DNA of 64,000 nucleotides from Perna viridis (taxonomy: Eukaryota). Within the stretch, counting starts at the first letter, position 1. The number at the start of each line of letters is the position of its first letter. The notes beneath the pieces are model-generated. The model did no database searches. It worked only from the letters and a program-made list of their open reading frames with translations, and was not told the origin of the DNA. The translations under genes and the position numbers were made by a program. Location of the stretch: NCBI GenBank assembly GCA_037379345.1, contig CM074513.1, positions 36,514,885 through 36,578,884 of the forward strand, read 5' to 3'. Shown piece by piece: positions 25,471 to 39,500 of this stretch.

Positions 25471-28400
25471 ACTCTTTATACATGTATGTATATACTGATG
25501 ATATATTTACGATTTTTCTTTTCTTTTTTTTTTCACTTTTTGTCTTTGTCTCTTCAAAGACACATAAGGCTTCAGAATTTTAATGGTAATAGTTTCTTAT
25601 GTGAGGGTATTATCGACAAACTTTTATTACGATATATTTTTGTTTCTGTATGTTACGGACATCTCTTATCGCATGTTACGGTCATCCTTTGAAAAATACG
25701 ATTCTTCGTTAGTCACCTCGTCGATATATTTACCTCGTAAATTCTTACCAATCATACATTATGCACCTATGCTTGCCGCTTCAGACTCCAAGCAAGGACG
25801 AATTACCAACCATTTGTCGTGTTTATTTTGTTCAATATCTTGAATAAACAACTTTATGAAAGAAAAATATTCTTGGCCAAATTTCCCTCCACCATCTTGA
25901 GATGACCGTAACTGGCATCTAGTTCCAGACACACGCACATTAAGATAATCGCCAAAGTCTTAGAATATAATTTTAACAATTATGTATGGTGCAGACAACA
26001 CTAGCCATGCACTTTTAAGGCCCTGGAGCATCTGTAGCTTTATTATCTTTACACATGACTAAATAGCCCAATAGAATGATTATTACAAAAAGCAACATCA
26101 CCAGACCACAGACTGACACCATCCCGAGAAATGCATTATCGCAATTCCTATGTCATCGTCTAAGCAAACTTTTGTTTTTATTTGTCACCTCCGGGCTTTT
26201 GATGTCATGAGGCGTTAATAACAATACACGATACAGCGAGTAATACATGGGATGGTTTCAGGGGTTTTGTAAAACATTTGGCAAAAAAAAAAAAAAAAAA
26301 AAATGAGTGGCTGATGATAGCATGGATTGGATCGGATCCACCGGGCCTTTTTGTAAATATTTGGATCCACCAGAGCCTCCATGATATATCAGTAGACAGC
26401 TTTAGCATTTCGACAATTTATAGCCTCCGAGGTTTTCATTTCTATCTATATTATGCGTCTAAAAATAAATAGAAAACTTGAATATATCGACAGTAAACGA
26501 AATAGAAATAAGCAGGTACTGCATGACAAGAGATTAGAAATCAACTATTTTTGATTGGGTCGATGTTAATACAAATATACAATCCTAATTAATCAGCAGA
26601 TGAATTTCGCAGTAAAACTTGCTTATTCGGTTTGGTTATTAGAGTAGATAACATAAAATTAAATTTGATATCCTAGAAATTCGTACAAAATAGATCTAAC
26701 TGCATTTGAACCTACATGTATTGGTATGCATTGGGTTAATTATGGGTCAGTAAATAGTAAATGGTAATTAGCTAGATCAGGATTCAGATTAATGTTAACA
26801 GTTGTATACACAGACTTTCTCACGGCCATCTGTTGATTGATCCCAGCATCACAGGATAAAGATCTGTAGTTTTATTTTGATAACATTTTATGACACTATC
26901 CGCCGTTGAACATTACACTGATTTAATTACATTCTTTTGACAAGTAAATATTTTGGTTCGATTGGACTTTAGAAAGTTAGCCATTGGTCAGACTTAAAAT
27001 TTTTAATGTTTTATTTATAATTTGTGGGAGGAGTTTTTGGGATGTAATATTCTCTGCATGTTTTGTATCTTGAGATAGCTAACCATCATGCTCCGCTCCT
27101 GTAACATCGAGCGTTACTTATGTTAATTGTAAAACATTGTGCCTTCTATGTAACATCATAATAAGCGATATATTTAGAACAATGGATTAAATACTTGAAA
27201 CAGTGGAATGCCCAGCTCCTGTTAATTAATTTGTTGACTTTTTCCGGACTTGTACTTTAATAATTGAACAACGTGTTCCCCATTGTACACTATATGGGGT
27301 ATACCAATGGGATTATTTTTCTGCGGCAGTGTAAGATAATTGCAGATGCTATCAGGCTTTACAAATCTAAAGGCTCTGGTGACTGCCATATCAATTCTGA
27401 TCTTCGATCTAAATTGATAATAATACAGTATTATTTACAGATATGTTTATTCTAATTTTTATATGTTCTTCCTTTTTTATTATATTTCACGTTGAAACCT
27501 CGCTAGACCTTTATACACGTTGTGTTTTAGTTTTTAGGTCAATATGCTCAAATCTTTTTTTTATTAACAAGGTCAAGTTCAACAAAAGAGTCGACGTCTC
27601 CATAAAATATTTGTCATTAAAGTTTTTTCTTCACTGGTTCGTTTTATTCAAGGACGGACAGAATTAAAATTGGTGTATTACTTATTGACAGGAATGTAGG
27701 GGTAAGAAAAGAGAACCTGGCAACATTTCTTGTATTGTATCAATAAAGTTTAGAAAACTAATGCTTGCGAAATGTTAAGTACTTTGACAAATTAAATTTT
27801 ATGCAGACAATACTAATATAGAATAAAGTCTGATTATTAAAAGAACATTTCAACAATAGAAAGTACATGATTAAAACATTTATATTAATTTTTCTAAAAG
27901 TGGAATATGCTGAGAGAGAATATGAACACGTTATAACCAAAGTGTAAATTGATATGGAAACTCCTGTAAAAAGGGACAATTTCAATAAAATTTATGTTTT
28001 TTTTCTCGAGATTTTAAGTAGTAAAAAAAAGGAAATGGTGAAACGCAACAAACGCACCAGCGCATTAACTACATCCAAAACAGTTAACACTTCCAAAGAT
28101 CTACAAAAGGTCTTAAACAAGTTTTCGATTGATTGATAGATATAGAAATATGTGCAGTAAGCTCTGAAAGGCCCGACAACAAAAATAACGGAATCCACGG
28201 TAATAGAACAAAGGACAATTCTTAAGTTTATATAACTGCACCAAGACACATTAATGGTCAAAATCTCCTGACTGAGGACAGACGCTCGAAATCTGCGATG
28301 AGGTTAAACTAGTATTATAAGTCCTTAACCAACCCCTTAAGTGTAAGGTAAAAAAATGAACGGAAACAACCAACAAACACTATCAAGTTAACTAAATAAT

Positions 28401-28904
28401 ACATCCAATACGCTCCATGAAATATACAGCATAAACCCACCTCAGATGATAAATAGGAAGCACTAATTTCACTTCCCATAGGCTTCAATGCTAATTTCAC
28501 AATATTCAATGGCTTCTCTAGACTAAACCTTAACGACTATATATATTACCGTGATTCTCATAATCATAAAATGGATGCAGCACCAGTCAACGTAAAATAA
28601 TGATCTAAATAGCATGGGACTTGAAATCCAGGTATTGTTCGCAATATCAGAATGGAGATGAAGCTTTTCAGCACTAGATAACTTTACTTATAAAATGTAT
28701 AAAAAAATGTTTTTCCTCTCAGAAACAAATTAATACCTTTTTCACAAAGCTATGAGGGATAGGTGGTAAGTTTGGCGTAAGAATATTTGTGTTCGTTGGT
28801 CGAATTGGTGGTGTGTAACATATAGGCGTTCGCATACAATGTAAAATTTTAATACAAAAAAGATGGAGTTCGATGTTTTTTTTCAACGAACATACAGTCG
28901 AAAA

Positions 28905-30155
28905 AGTAATGAGGGGAGCGAAGATTCTAGCGGAAATCAAAATAATATAATCCAGGGACAAAGACCAGACATACACAACAAAGAATATATAATAACCAAA
29001 ATAATACATACAAAGTAACACAAGTAAATGAGCAACTCAAAAACTGGGAGCATGGATCAGGTTAACCGGTAAGATAAGCGTCCTCTGCTTTTCTAGAAAC
29101 ACACGCTTAGTTGCTCATGAAAAGTAAAGTCCAGGGTACACGAAAGATGTAAGGAAAACTATGACACGTTCAACAAATCAGTTTTCATGGTACAGATGGA
29201 TACACCGTAATCCACGAGCTCATGAGGATGACCATTAAGCTTCTGTAGTGATGACTTCAATCTTGTAGCAGCATAACCCTGTTCCAGATGCCTAACTGTA
29301 AATCTAGCGTCTGCGTAGTTACGACAAGCTCTGGCATAACGTATGTTGTCATATGAAAACTCCGTACGCAGGTGCTGAAGGGATGTTGCCCCAAATGAAA
29401 GGAAAGTTGACAATACGGAATGAAAAGTCATCGCGTTTGTCGTATAGTTTGGTCAATAGTTTTTCTTTACCATTGATCTTTAAGTGTATGTCAATATATG
29501 AGGCTGACTTCACAGTGTTTGTAGTATCCTTTATCTCAAGTTCTTTGGGGCAGATGCGATGTATCAAATCCCCGAAACTAAGATTTTTTAACGATAACAC
29601 GTCATCTATATAGCGGAAACTGAGATTAAAGGATCCAGCTAAACGATGCTCCTTCTTTTTTATCAGATCATCTATAAAGTCTGCCTCATAAGAGAGCAGG
29701 AATATGTCAGCAAAAAGAGGAGCACACTTTGTTTCCATTTGAATGCCGACCATTTGTTGAAAAACGCGTTCACCACACTGGGCAAATATGTTGTCGATAA
29801 AAAAATCGAGCATTTTGAGAACATCTTCGGTATATTTGGACGTGATTTGGGATTATTTTACGAAGTATGAGGAATCTCTACCAAGAACTACATATATCTA
29901 GGTGTACCGTCCGTTTTGGAGTAACAACGATATATAATGTTTTTAAGTCGATATTTTAACCGAGTATGGGGAATTGAAGTATAAAGAGTTGAAAAATCAT
30001 AGGTTTTAATGCTATTGTATTCTGATAACAATCTTGAATTTATATCACTACGGGAGTATCGAGTGTCGTGGTAGGACTGGATACCCTCTTTGACATCTGT
30101 GGGTATAGAAGTTAAAAGTTTTAAAAGATGTTTGTTGGTACACTTTGCAGATCAG
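28905..30155 (-). mobile_element. Penelope-like retroelement RT fragment without C-terminal endonuclease, 5'-truncated
   Basis: Motifs TYDFSTLYTSIPH, QQMVGIQM.TKCAPLFAD, FRYIDDVLS, KLYDKRDDF, GNIPSAPAYGV, IRYARAC. The reading frame ends at TDLLNVS* and is followed by a conserved 3' region. Confidence 0.85.
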
Positions 30156-30564
30156 CTATGTAGCGTTGTTTGTATGTTGTTTTTGTTTTTTTGTTTTTTG
30201 TGGAGTTTAGGTATCCAGTACATAGACGGTATATCACAATCATCATCTTTGGTAGAGAGAGACAAAAAAAAAGTCAATATCCAATATTCCCACGATGTAC
30301 ATATGATTGCAGTATCCTAAACAAGACAAACAACGCGGACAGCCTCTTAATTTGAATTGCATTCAATAATTTTGACATATTTTAATTGGCAAATAAAATA
30401 GCATATTACTATATAAATATATTCAAAAATATATATTGCAAAAATAAATGTACATAATTGATGAAGCTCACGGAGCTTACCCCTAGGTTTCCTACTGGAA
30501 AAGGTTTACACCAATATCAATAATTTTAACAATTATTATCATAAGAATATCAAGTTCACTACAC

Positions 30565-33500
30565 CTAGAAATTGTTAGTTAGCGTCAATAATAAACTCTT
30601 AGATTTATTTGTACGTCGTCGCTGTGACCTCTTCCTTTTAACACCATCCGTCTTTTTACATCCACGAATTCTGTGCTTTGCCTTCTTTTGCTTGCTGCAT
30701 TTATTTTTCCTTCGTTTTGATTTCTTTAGGAATTTTTGTAGAAGTCTTTTGTGATATAAGGTTTCATGAATGTCCATTACAACATTTTGTTGCCTTTTAA
30801 TTGCTCCCAAAAGTTTAGTTACCATGGTAATTGTAGTAGGCCTTATAGATTTACTGAGCTTTTCCTCTTTGCATGCCACATCCGATAACTTCCTTAAATG
30901 TCTTTTTGGTTTCTTACCAGCATTGGACAAAACTATTCGGAAGTAACAGAGGACCTTCTGTGTTCCAGTAACGATAGTTATTGGGTCTATAGATGGGCTG
31001 TTTACAGAATTGTCAACTACATCATTTAATGCTGATGACAACTGGTTATAGCTGCAAATCATCCATTTCACCTGAAAAGTTAAACACTATTTTTCTATGA
31101 TTTTTAATAATGCTTCACAAGAGACAATTTCAACACATGTCATTATACCCCGAAAACAGTTTTGAGTAATTCAATCTGTCTGTCCATTCGCCTCTAAACA
31201 TATCTGGTAATCACAGCTCCTAAACAGTTGGATTATAGATGTGCAAAAAGGTCACTTCAAAGAGATTAAGATTCAGGCGCGTAGCTGCCGTTAGGCAAAA
31301 AAGCTTTTGCCTGCACTTAATTTTGCCATTTTTTTTGGTGATAAAATACATCCAGGAAAGGCATAAATGATGCTCTAAAACGCTATCTCCTCAGAGCTTC
31401 GGGGGGGGGGGCTTCGCCCCCTGGACCTGCTGGGGCCTTCAGCGGCCCCCAGACCCACTTCCGTAATTTTGCATACACTACGCTACGCGCCTGAGATTAA
31501 ACACGATCTCAAAATTTTAAGATGTGCTCTCAGTAAAAATAAATCATAAAACAACAGCATAACCATTAAAGGCGTTAAAATGAGAAAAAAAATCCCACTT
31601 ACCCGTCGTTTCGGATTTCGGCATGTTGAATGGTATTTCTCGTGTTTATCTGTGGTGATGGCAGTTAAGTATTTTGACTGGAAATGAATAATAAAATTGA
31701 ATACTTTAATATTATATAGACACATGCAAAGAGAGATAACCGAAAAGGGGCACATGTGACTCTGTCAGGGTCTTTTGGAGCCGTAATTGACCCTCTCTTT
31801 GGAATATATCAACAGCTCTAGGTATTTGACATAACGGATTTATTTATTTTTGAACTAACTTTTCAGCAACAAAAAATAATGAAAAAATAAAGGCAAAATA
31901 TTTTGATATGGCAAGTTTTCTCTTGTAGACAAACTGTAAGGAGATGCTATACCCGTTTATAGTGCGACATCATACTTAGTAATTTGTTTGCGATGAAGTT
32001 CTCGGAACTATTCAGCACCTTATATCGAAAAAAAAATCTCTCCTGGACTGTACTAACTTAATCAAATTTAATTGAAATTGTCTAAAAACCTGATATATAA
32101 TTAAACGATTGCTTCAGTTCTTAGAAGCGGTTGGTCTTAATTTAGCTAATACACTCGATAGCTGTTCGGGCTACTTGTCAAGAATTTCAAACAATCAGCG
32201 GTCCGCGATTGATTACGTTTTCCTCTCTGAAGGGTTATGTGAAAACGTCTCGAACGTTATAATAGATGATCAAGGCTCGTTCAACCTTGATAGCGATGAT
32301 GTCATTATCTAAGTTTCATTTAAATTCCAGAAAATTTCTCAAAAGGCCAAAGTGCCGGATGTTTTCAGATGGGATATGAATGATGAAACGGACTTGGACA
32401 TATTGCAGACAGTCTTATGTAACAATCTGAGTTCTTCTATGTCAAATTCAAATTTTATAAAACATATTGACGAATTCGTAAGGAAACTAGATAATCATGA
32501 CATACAGAAATCTACATGTGTGCCTATAAGACTCGATCGTGTAAAAATTATTGAACTCTTGCGGTTCGTTGAAACTTGGGAAGGCGTGTGGATCCGACGG
32601 TATTCCGAATGAATTCTTAAAATATAGTGGTAGTGCCATAATAGAATCCCTTGTTAACCTTTTTACATTAATGACGGATCTTGAAGTTGTCCCAAATGAG
32701 TGGCACGAAGGGATAATAAAACCATTACTAAAAAGGGACTAATGTTACGATTTAGATAACTATAGAGGTATTACTGTTACCTCTAATGCCTATAAACTAT
32801 ATTGTAAAGTCATAGAGGATAATCTGATGGACCATATTGAAATCCAGAATATATTAAGTGAATAGCAAGGAGCTTTCCGCAAAGACAGAGGTACGGAAGA
32901 CAACCTGTTTACACTTCAAGGCCTCTGTTCAATCCAAAAGTCTAATAAAAAGAAAACGTTTTTGGCTTTCCTCGATCTATCAAAAGCGTTTGACAGAGTT
33001 TGGAGAACAGGTCTGTTATATTAATTACGGAAAAATGGTATACAAGGGAATGCTGGATAATGTTACGAGCCATGTACAGCTCGGTAACGAATAAAGTTTT
33101 GTTCGGTAATATTGAAACGGACGCTTTTGAACAGGATGCAGTTCTGAAACAGAGATGCGTTCTTCCTCCGACTTGGTTCTCTGTACTTATGAATGATCTT
33201 TCTAAAATGCTACAAGCAGAAGGCTTTGATGTTGAAATAGCGGGTAATTTTATAAAAAGTCTTTTTTTCTTTGGTGTAGATGTAGTTTTAATCGCAAAAT
33301 CTGTTTGATATTGCCGATCAATTTGCTAAAAAGTGGAGTTTGTGTTTCAATCATAAAAAATCTAAGGTATTGGTCGTTGGTAAAAGGAATGACAGGAATA
33401 AATCATGGCGTCTGGTATCAGATGGGTTAGAAAAAAAATAATGAGTATAAATATCTCGGTGTATATATTTCGCACACATCTGAATTCAGATTTCATATCA

Positions 33501-36500
33501 ATGATTACCTAAGAGATTGCTTTGATAAAAAGTTTATTTACAGTGTTAGGGTCTTAGGCGAACACGGCCATTTTAATCGAATTAATTTTGGGGATGCGAT
33601 ATGGAACTCTATTTTACGCCCGTCGCTAACGTATGAATGCTCAATATGGTTTAAGAACTCAAAATCTCTTGTTGAGACTTTAGAATCGTTTCAGTATAAA
33701 ACAGCCAAACTGATTTTCAGTGTTAAAATGAACATTCCTAAGTCGGCCTTACTCCAAGAACTTGGATGGGAACCGATCAATGATTTTACGAATAGACAGT
33801 GTCATTCTTTCAAAGACTTAAGAGTCTCCCCGATTCAAGATTGTGGTATAAACTTTCTTCTTAAGTCTAAAACTACATTATTATTACACACAAAAAATAA
33901 TGATATTCGTCCCCAAGACCAGTTCCACAAATTCTACATATTCTATCTTCCCTTGGGATATTCCTCCACCTCTCCGTTTCAATGGGAAACTTTATATTAC
34001 ATACCCTTAATCTACAAAAATTTATCCGGTAACTCAACTTTAATTTTAAAAGATAAGGCCCCAATTGAAATTCATGTTTAAAATTAGAATAATATTCACC
34101 TCTAGACGAGTTGTTCATATCAGTAAACCATTGTTGAATAAACTGGTCTTGAAGACGCTGCTTAACGTTAATTTTCATAAGATTACCATCAACATTCTCT
34201 TGGATATTCCATATTTCACTGAGTCCACAGTTATCAAATATAGATTTTAAATAGTTAATCCACTTAAAATTATATTCACCATGTTCACACATGTAGAATA
34301 ATAATTTGTATAATTTGCCAGACAGTTTATTTTCACTAGAAGCTAATTTATGCCAAAATCCAACCATTTTCAGTTTGATCTGCAGTTCAAGTGGAAATCT
34401 CCCAAGTTCCCCATAAACCATAAAGTTTGGTGTAGATGATCTAACACCCAGTATACGTTTGCAGAACTGAAGATGTAATTTTTCAACATTAGCCTTATTT
34501 TCAAACCACCGAATTTCCGAAGAGTATGTCAAAATAGGAACAACCAATACATCAAACAATTTTAATTGCAGATCAATCGGAATGGAAATATTTTGAATCT
34601 TTTTATATAGTGCATAAAGAGCTTTCTGAGCTTGATCAACCAATTTTTTCCGTGCTTGGACAAAATTTCCATTGTAATTAAATAAAAGACCCAAGTAAAA
34701 ACAGGAGTCTTTTATTTCTATATTTTGATTAAACAATTTAAAAGAAACATGTTGTTGTGATTTCCTTTTAGAGAAGATAACAATCTTTGTTTTTGCTACA
34801 TTTACACTCAATTTCCAATCAGTACAATATTTTTCAAAGACAGAAAGTGCCTTTTGTAACTCTGGTGCCGACTCCGCAAAAAATAACAGTATCGTCGGCG
34901 TATAAAAGAATAAACAATTTTATATACATATTAAGGTTGTCCATAACCTTTTCACTCAACATTTTTAAACCATCCACAGAGTTTTCAGACAAATATTCTT
35001 AATATAAGTCATTAAGGTATAAGACAAAGAGAAAGGGAGATAACTTTTCTCCCTGCCTTACACCAATTTCACAAGGAAAGAATTCAGTTATTAATTCCCC
35101 ACTCTTAACACAAGACTTAATATCAGTGTACATATTCAATATAACATTAAACATTTTCCCACCAATATTATTGTTTACAAGTTTTCGCCAAAGTCCCACC
35201 CTCCACACAGTGTCAAATGCCTTTCTAAAATCTACGAAGGCACAAAATAATTTTTTACCCGAATTCAAATATAATGAAATTAAAGCATGCATGACGAACA
35301 TACTATCCTGAACAGAATAACCCTTTCGAAATCCACCCTGGGCATCAATAATAATCCCAATCTCATCTGACAATTTATTAAGTCTCGAATTAAGAATAGA
35401 GGTAAACACTTTTCCCAGATTTGACGTAAGACAAATTGCACGGTGATTATCTAAATTGCTTGGGTCTCCCTTGTTTTTGTATAATGGTTTAATTATCCCT
35501 GTTAACCAAGAGTTTGGAATAATCCCTGCATTAAGCACCAGATTGAAAAGTTTCATATAAATAGGCAGGAATTGATGTACCGTGCTTTTTATATATTCAT
35601 TAACTACTTCATCGTCCCCGGGAACTTTACCATTGCAAAGGGGTAGTATCTAAATATATAATTTTGCTCATTATATATTTTATTAGTGTATTAACATCTT
35701 TATCGGTATCGTTGTACAATCCTTTAGACTTACATATTTTTTTTGTTTGTGATGCATCGTCATGACTCGACGATCCGATACTGGTTGGCAGATTCCTTTA
35801 GACCTTATATATATATACAGACTTTGTATGTATATATATATATATAAAGGTCTGAAAAATTCCCAACGATGTTAGAACTGTCAAATTTCCGATGCAAATT
35901 TTTGGTCGTTCCCTCCGCGGGACTCGAACTCGTACTGCTGTGACATCTATGGCAACACCGCCTGCACAAAGCCCAGCGCCCTAGACCACTCGGCCAGCTA
36001 GGCTATATAAAAAATAGCTTTCGCTGGCCGGGTCATTCCTCCTCATAGAATTAATCTAGGGCTGTAACTTAGTACACGATGTATGGTGGTACGGGACAGT
36101 TCATTTAGATGTTAATATGTAGGATAGAGGATCAAATTAATGATGCATGTCACAACAAATCAATATTAGTGGTCTAGGGCGCTGGACTTTGTGCAGGCGG
36201 TGTTGCCATAGATGTCACAGCAGTACGAGTTCGAGTCCTGCGGAGGGAACGACCAAAAATTTGCATTGTTTATATATCTTCCCTGTATCAATTTGATCCG
36301 ATGGAGCAGTGTAGCAAATAGAGTCGTCACATTCTGAGACGTTATATATATATATATATGAAAATGGAATATGGAATCAATGAATCCTTTACCTCCCGAA
36401 ACACTTCTGGTCTCCCTTGATGTCACGAGATATTTTGGACCCCCCCTACTGATTGCCTAGTAAATTTACTCACTTTAGTGTAACAACTTCACTTTCAACG

Positions 36501-39500
36501 ACGAACACTACTTCAAAATCAATGGTACAGCTATGGGAACGAAAATGACTCCTTCGTATGCTAACATCTTCATGGGTAAATTAGAAAATCAAATAATTTC
36601 AACATCTTTATCGAAACCCCTCTCTTGGTTTCGATTCATCGATGATGTTGACATGAAATGGACTGAGTCGAAACTAAATTTAGACAATCTTATCACACAT
36701 GCCAACGATATTCACCCATGAAATTTCTGACACTAAATCACATTTTTGGATACTACTGCGTTTGTAAAAGACGGGGAAACGTCAATGGATCTTCACAGCA
36801 AACCAACTGATAGTCACAAATACTTATCTCCCAATAGTTGTCATCCAAAACATTGTACTAAAAGCATACCATACAGCCAGGCACTTCGAATTAGACGCAT
36901 TTGCTCAGCTGGCGATACTACCAACAAACGTCTAGATGAACTCCGTAGTCATTTGTTATCGCGTGGCTATAAATCAATATATATAGATCGGGGATTTGAA
37001 CGTGCTAACAACATCAGCCGTAAAGATCTCTTCGAGTACAAACCTAAGAAAAAGAACAAAAAGGTTCCTTTTGTGCTTACATACCATCCAGCCTTTGAGG
37101 AACTCTCGCAGCTACTGCATTCAAATTGGGAAGACATTCAAAAACATCCTAAGCTCTCCAAGCTCTTTCCTGGGGCCACGGTCCTGGCATTCCGTAGACC
37201 TAGGAGCCTGTGAGATGCCCTAGTAAGAGCAGAGATTTCATCTCAGCCCAAACAAAATACAACGGGCCGGTGTTGACCATGTGGAGATAAAAGATGCAAG
37301 ACCTGTACCCAGATTCTGCACACCAAAACGTTTAAAAGCTACTGCACTGGAGAGGAATTTGCCATTTTTTGCAACGTGACTTGCAAAACCGAAAATACCA
37401 AATACATTCTCCAGTGCCAATGTGGTATGCAGCACGTTGGCGAAACAGAACAAAACTTTCAACAAGCGTATGAATGGTCATCGAAGTGACTACAAATGTA
37501 AACCAGACCTCCCTCTAAGTCGTCATCTTAGATCCGCCGGACACACCCAGGAGGATCTCCACAACATTGTTGTTACGATCATAGAACATAATAAAAACTG
37601 GTCAAAATATAAAAGAGTGTCTCGGGAAAGCTTTTGGATGAAGAAATTACAAACAACTTCTCCAGATGGAATAAACGAGAAAAAATAATCCATTTTTAGG
37701 TCTTGGTCTAAGGCTGGTACAGCACTACATACTTTTAATCAATACGCCGTACTACTATATTTTGACTTTTTAAATTGTTTTCCACAGTTAATTTTTACTT
37801 TTAATTTTGATAAAAAGACTCCTTATCATTTGCTTATGTGTGCCTTTGATAAAGGTACAATCACCCACAGCGTACGTGATTCAGCTTCTGAATCTGTTTT
37901 GATCTTGAACTTAGTGAGTTTTATGCTCTTAAAGTTTTATGCTCATAAGATTTTATGAGTTTTATGCTGAAGAAGGATATCAGTTATCCGAAAAATTTAA
38001 TGTAAATTTTACCATCATCTGTTGATATGTATATATCTCCATCGGATCAAATTGATACAGGGAAGATAATGTAAACTTATAGAAGGATCTGAAATATATA
38101 TATATATCTATTGTTGTGACGTTAAACTATTGTAAATATGAAGAACAGATTTTGTCAAGAGACTATATATGTTCTGACAAACAGGGATGTGCTCATTTTC
38201 ATATTGACACTGGCAGTGGTGAGGTAAGAAATACAATCAGTGGAATATCCACTTAGGAGAGTAATCGAGGGGTTGGAACCTCAACTTACTTAGGTTATAA
38301 TTGGGTATTTTTTTGTTGCAAAGTTATGCCCCTGTTATTAATTTCTGGATCGGAACTCTCCTTTTGTAAATTCGTGAGCCCTGTAAAATTACAGAAGTAT
38401 GATACCAATTCTTAACGTGATTTCTTTTTTTACAGTGAATGAAAATCCCAAAAAAGCAAAATGTATGTCAGTGTTATATATTAAACAATTATCATTTTTT
38501 TAAAAGTCATTAGGCAGATTAACAGGAAGAGTGTATTAGTAGGTGCTGACTGATGGGAATGCTAGACAGAGAAACAGAGGAATCTCTGTATATAACTGAA
38601 GAATTTAAAGATTATCAGAAAGCAAGCAGAAAGGTATTAATATTATTTTATTAACAGTTATTTATTAGTATAGCTGTAATGCATCGTGATTATAGTTTTG
38701 TAGCTAGGCTAGCCAAGTAATTAGTTCCTTTAGACACGTGCAGACAATAAAGTATATACACAGCATTGTAAGATATGCTAGAATAGTACTTACCATATTT
38801 TTAATTAGAAAGCTGGAAAATATACACGATATTTCACTTATTTCTATCAGAAAGTTTCTCCAATTGTAAGAAACCTTGAACTGACTAGTGTATAATCATT
38901 TCAACCTTTATACTTTGTCCCCTTCTTCAAGTTGTATAATTTAGCATTTTCTATATTTACAAGGGCGTAGCTCCCTATACGCAAAAATGCACTTGCGTAC
39001 ACATTGAAAATAATCAGCGAAAAAAAAGAACGTCATATCAGTCTAAGGTGGAAACTTTTGATTTAAAAAATTAATTCATCTAGGTTTGGTTGTTATTTCT
39101 TTGACATAATATTTTCTATGCCAATAAATTCCATTCCTATTATATTACAAAAACTTTCATATGTAAAGTAGTTAAAAATGGCAAAACAAGGAAGGTTTTT
39201 CTCCACCTTATCCTAGTATATATAAAATTCTGAATTTTGTGAATGACGGTAAAAAAGTAAACTATAAAGACAGAAAAATAGACAAAACTTCGCCACTATA
39301 ATTAACCCACCATGTATGGATCGATCTAATAAAAATATAATGTATGTTTACACGTATGGATGGATCTAATAAAAATCTAATGTATGTTTACCCCATTTCA
39401 TTAATTCATTCATGAGACGTAGAATCGTGACCAATGGATCATTGCCCGATACAGATATAATTAATGAGATATTATAGTCTTATTGCGTAAGGGTTTCCAT

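Larger units (their letters stand above)
35845..38094 (+). mobile_element. Penelope-like retroelement (RT + C-terminal GIY-YIG), degenerate, with flanking repeats, in (TA)n
   Basis: Frameshifted RT ([45 protein letters not shown]), Cys linker, and GIY-YIG-like part ([25 protein letters not shown]...L.T..PDGIN) at about 36370-37688. The repeat CTCCATCGGATCAAATTGATACAGGGAAGAT occurs at 38037 and inverted at about 36276-36305. TA runs at about 35806-35845, 36343-36359 and 38094-38107. Confidence 0.85.

Noticed and set aside
28265-28302. Possible hammerhead (CTGACTGAG...CTCGAAA)
   Set aside because: Core spacing is wrong and the stems are weak; insufficient without family alignment.
35905-36004. 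Functional tRNA gene
   Set aside because: A and B boxes are present, but I could not form a convincing acceptor stem or anticodon arm, and there are several truncated copies; treated as a tRNA-derived repeat.
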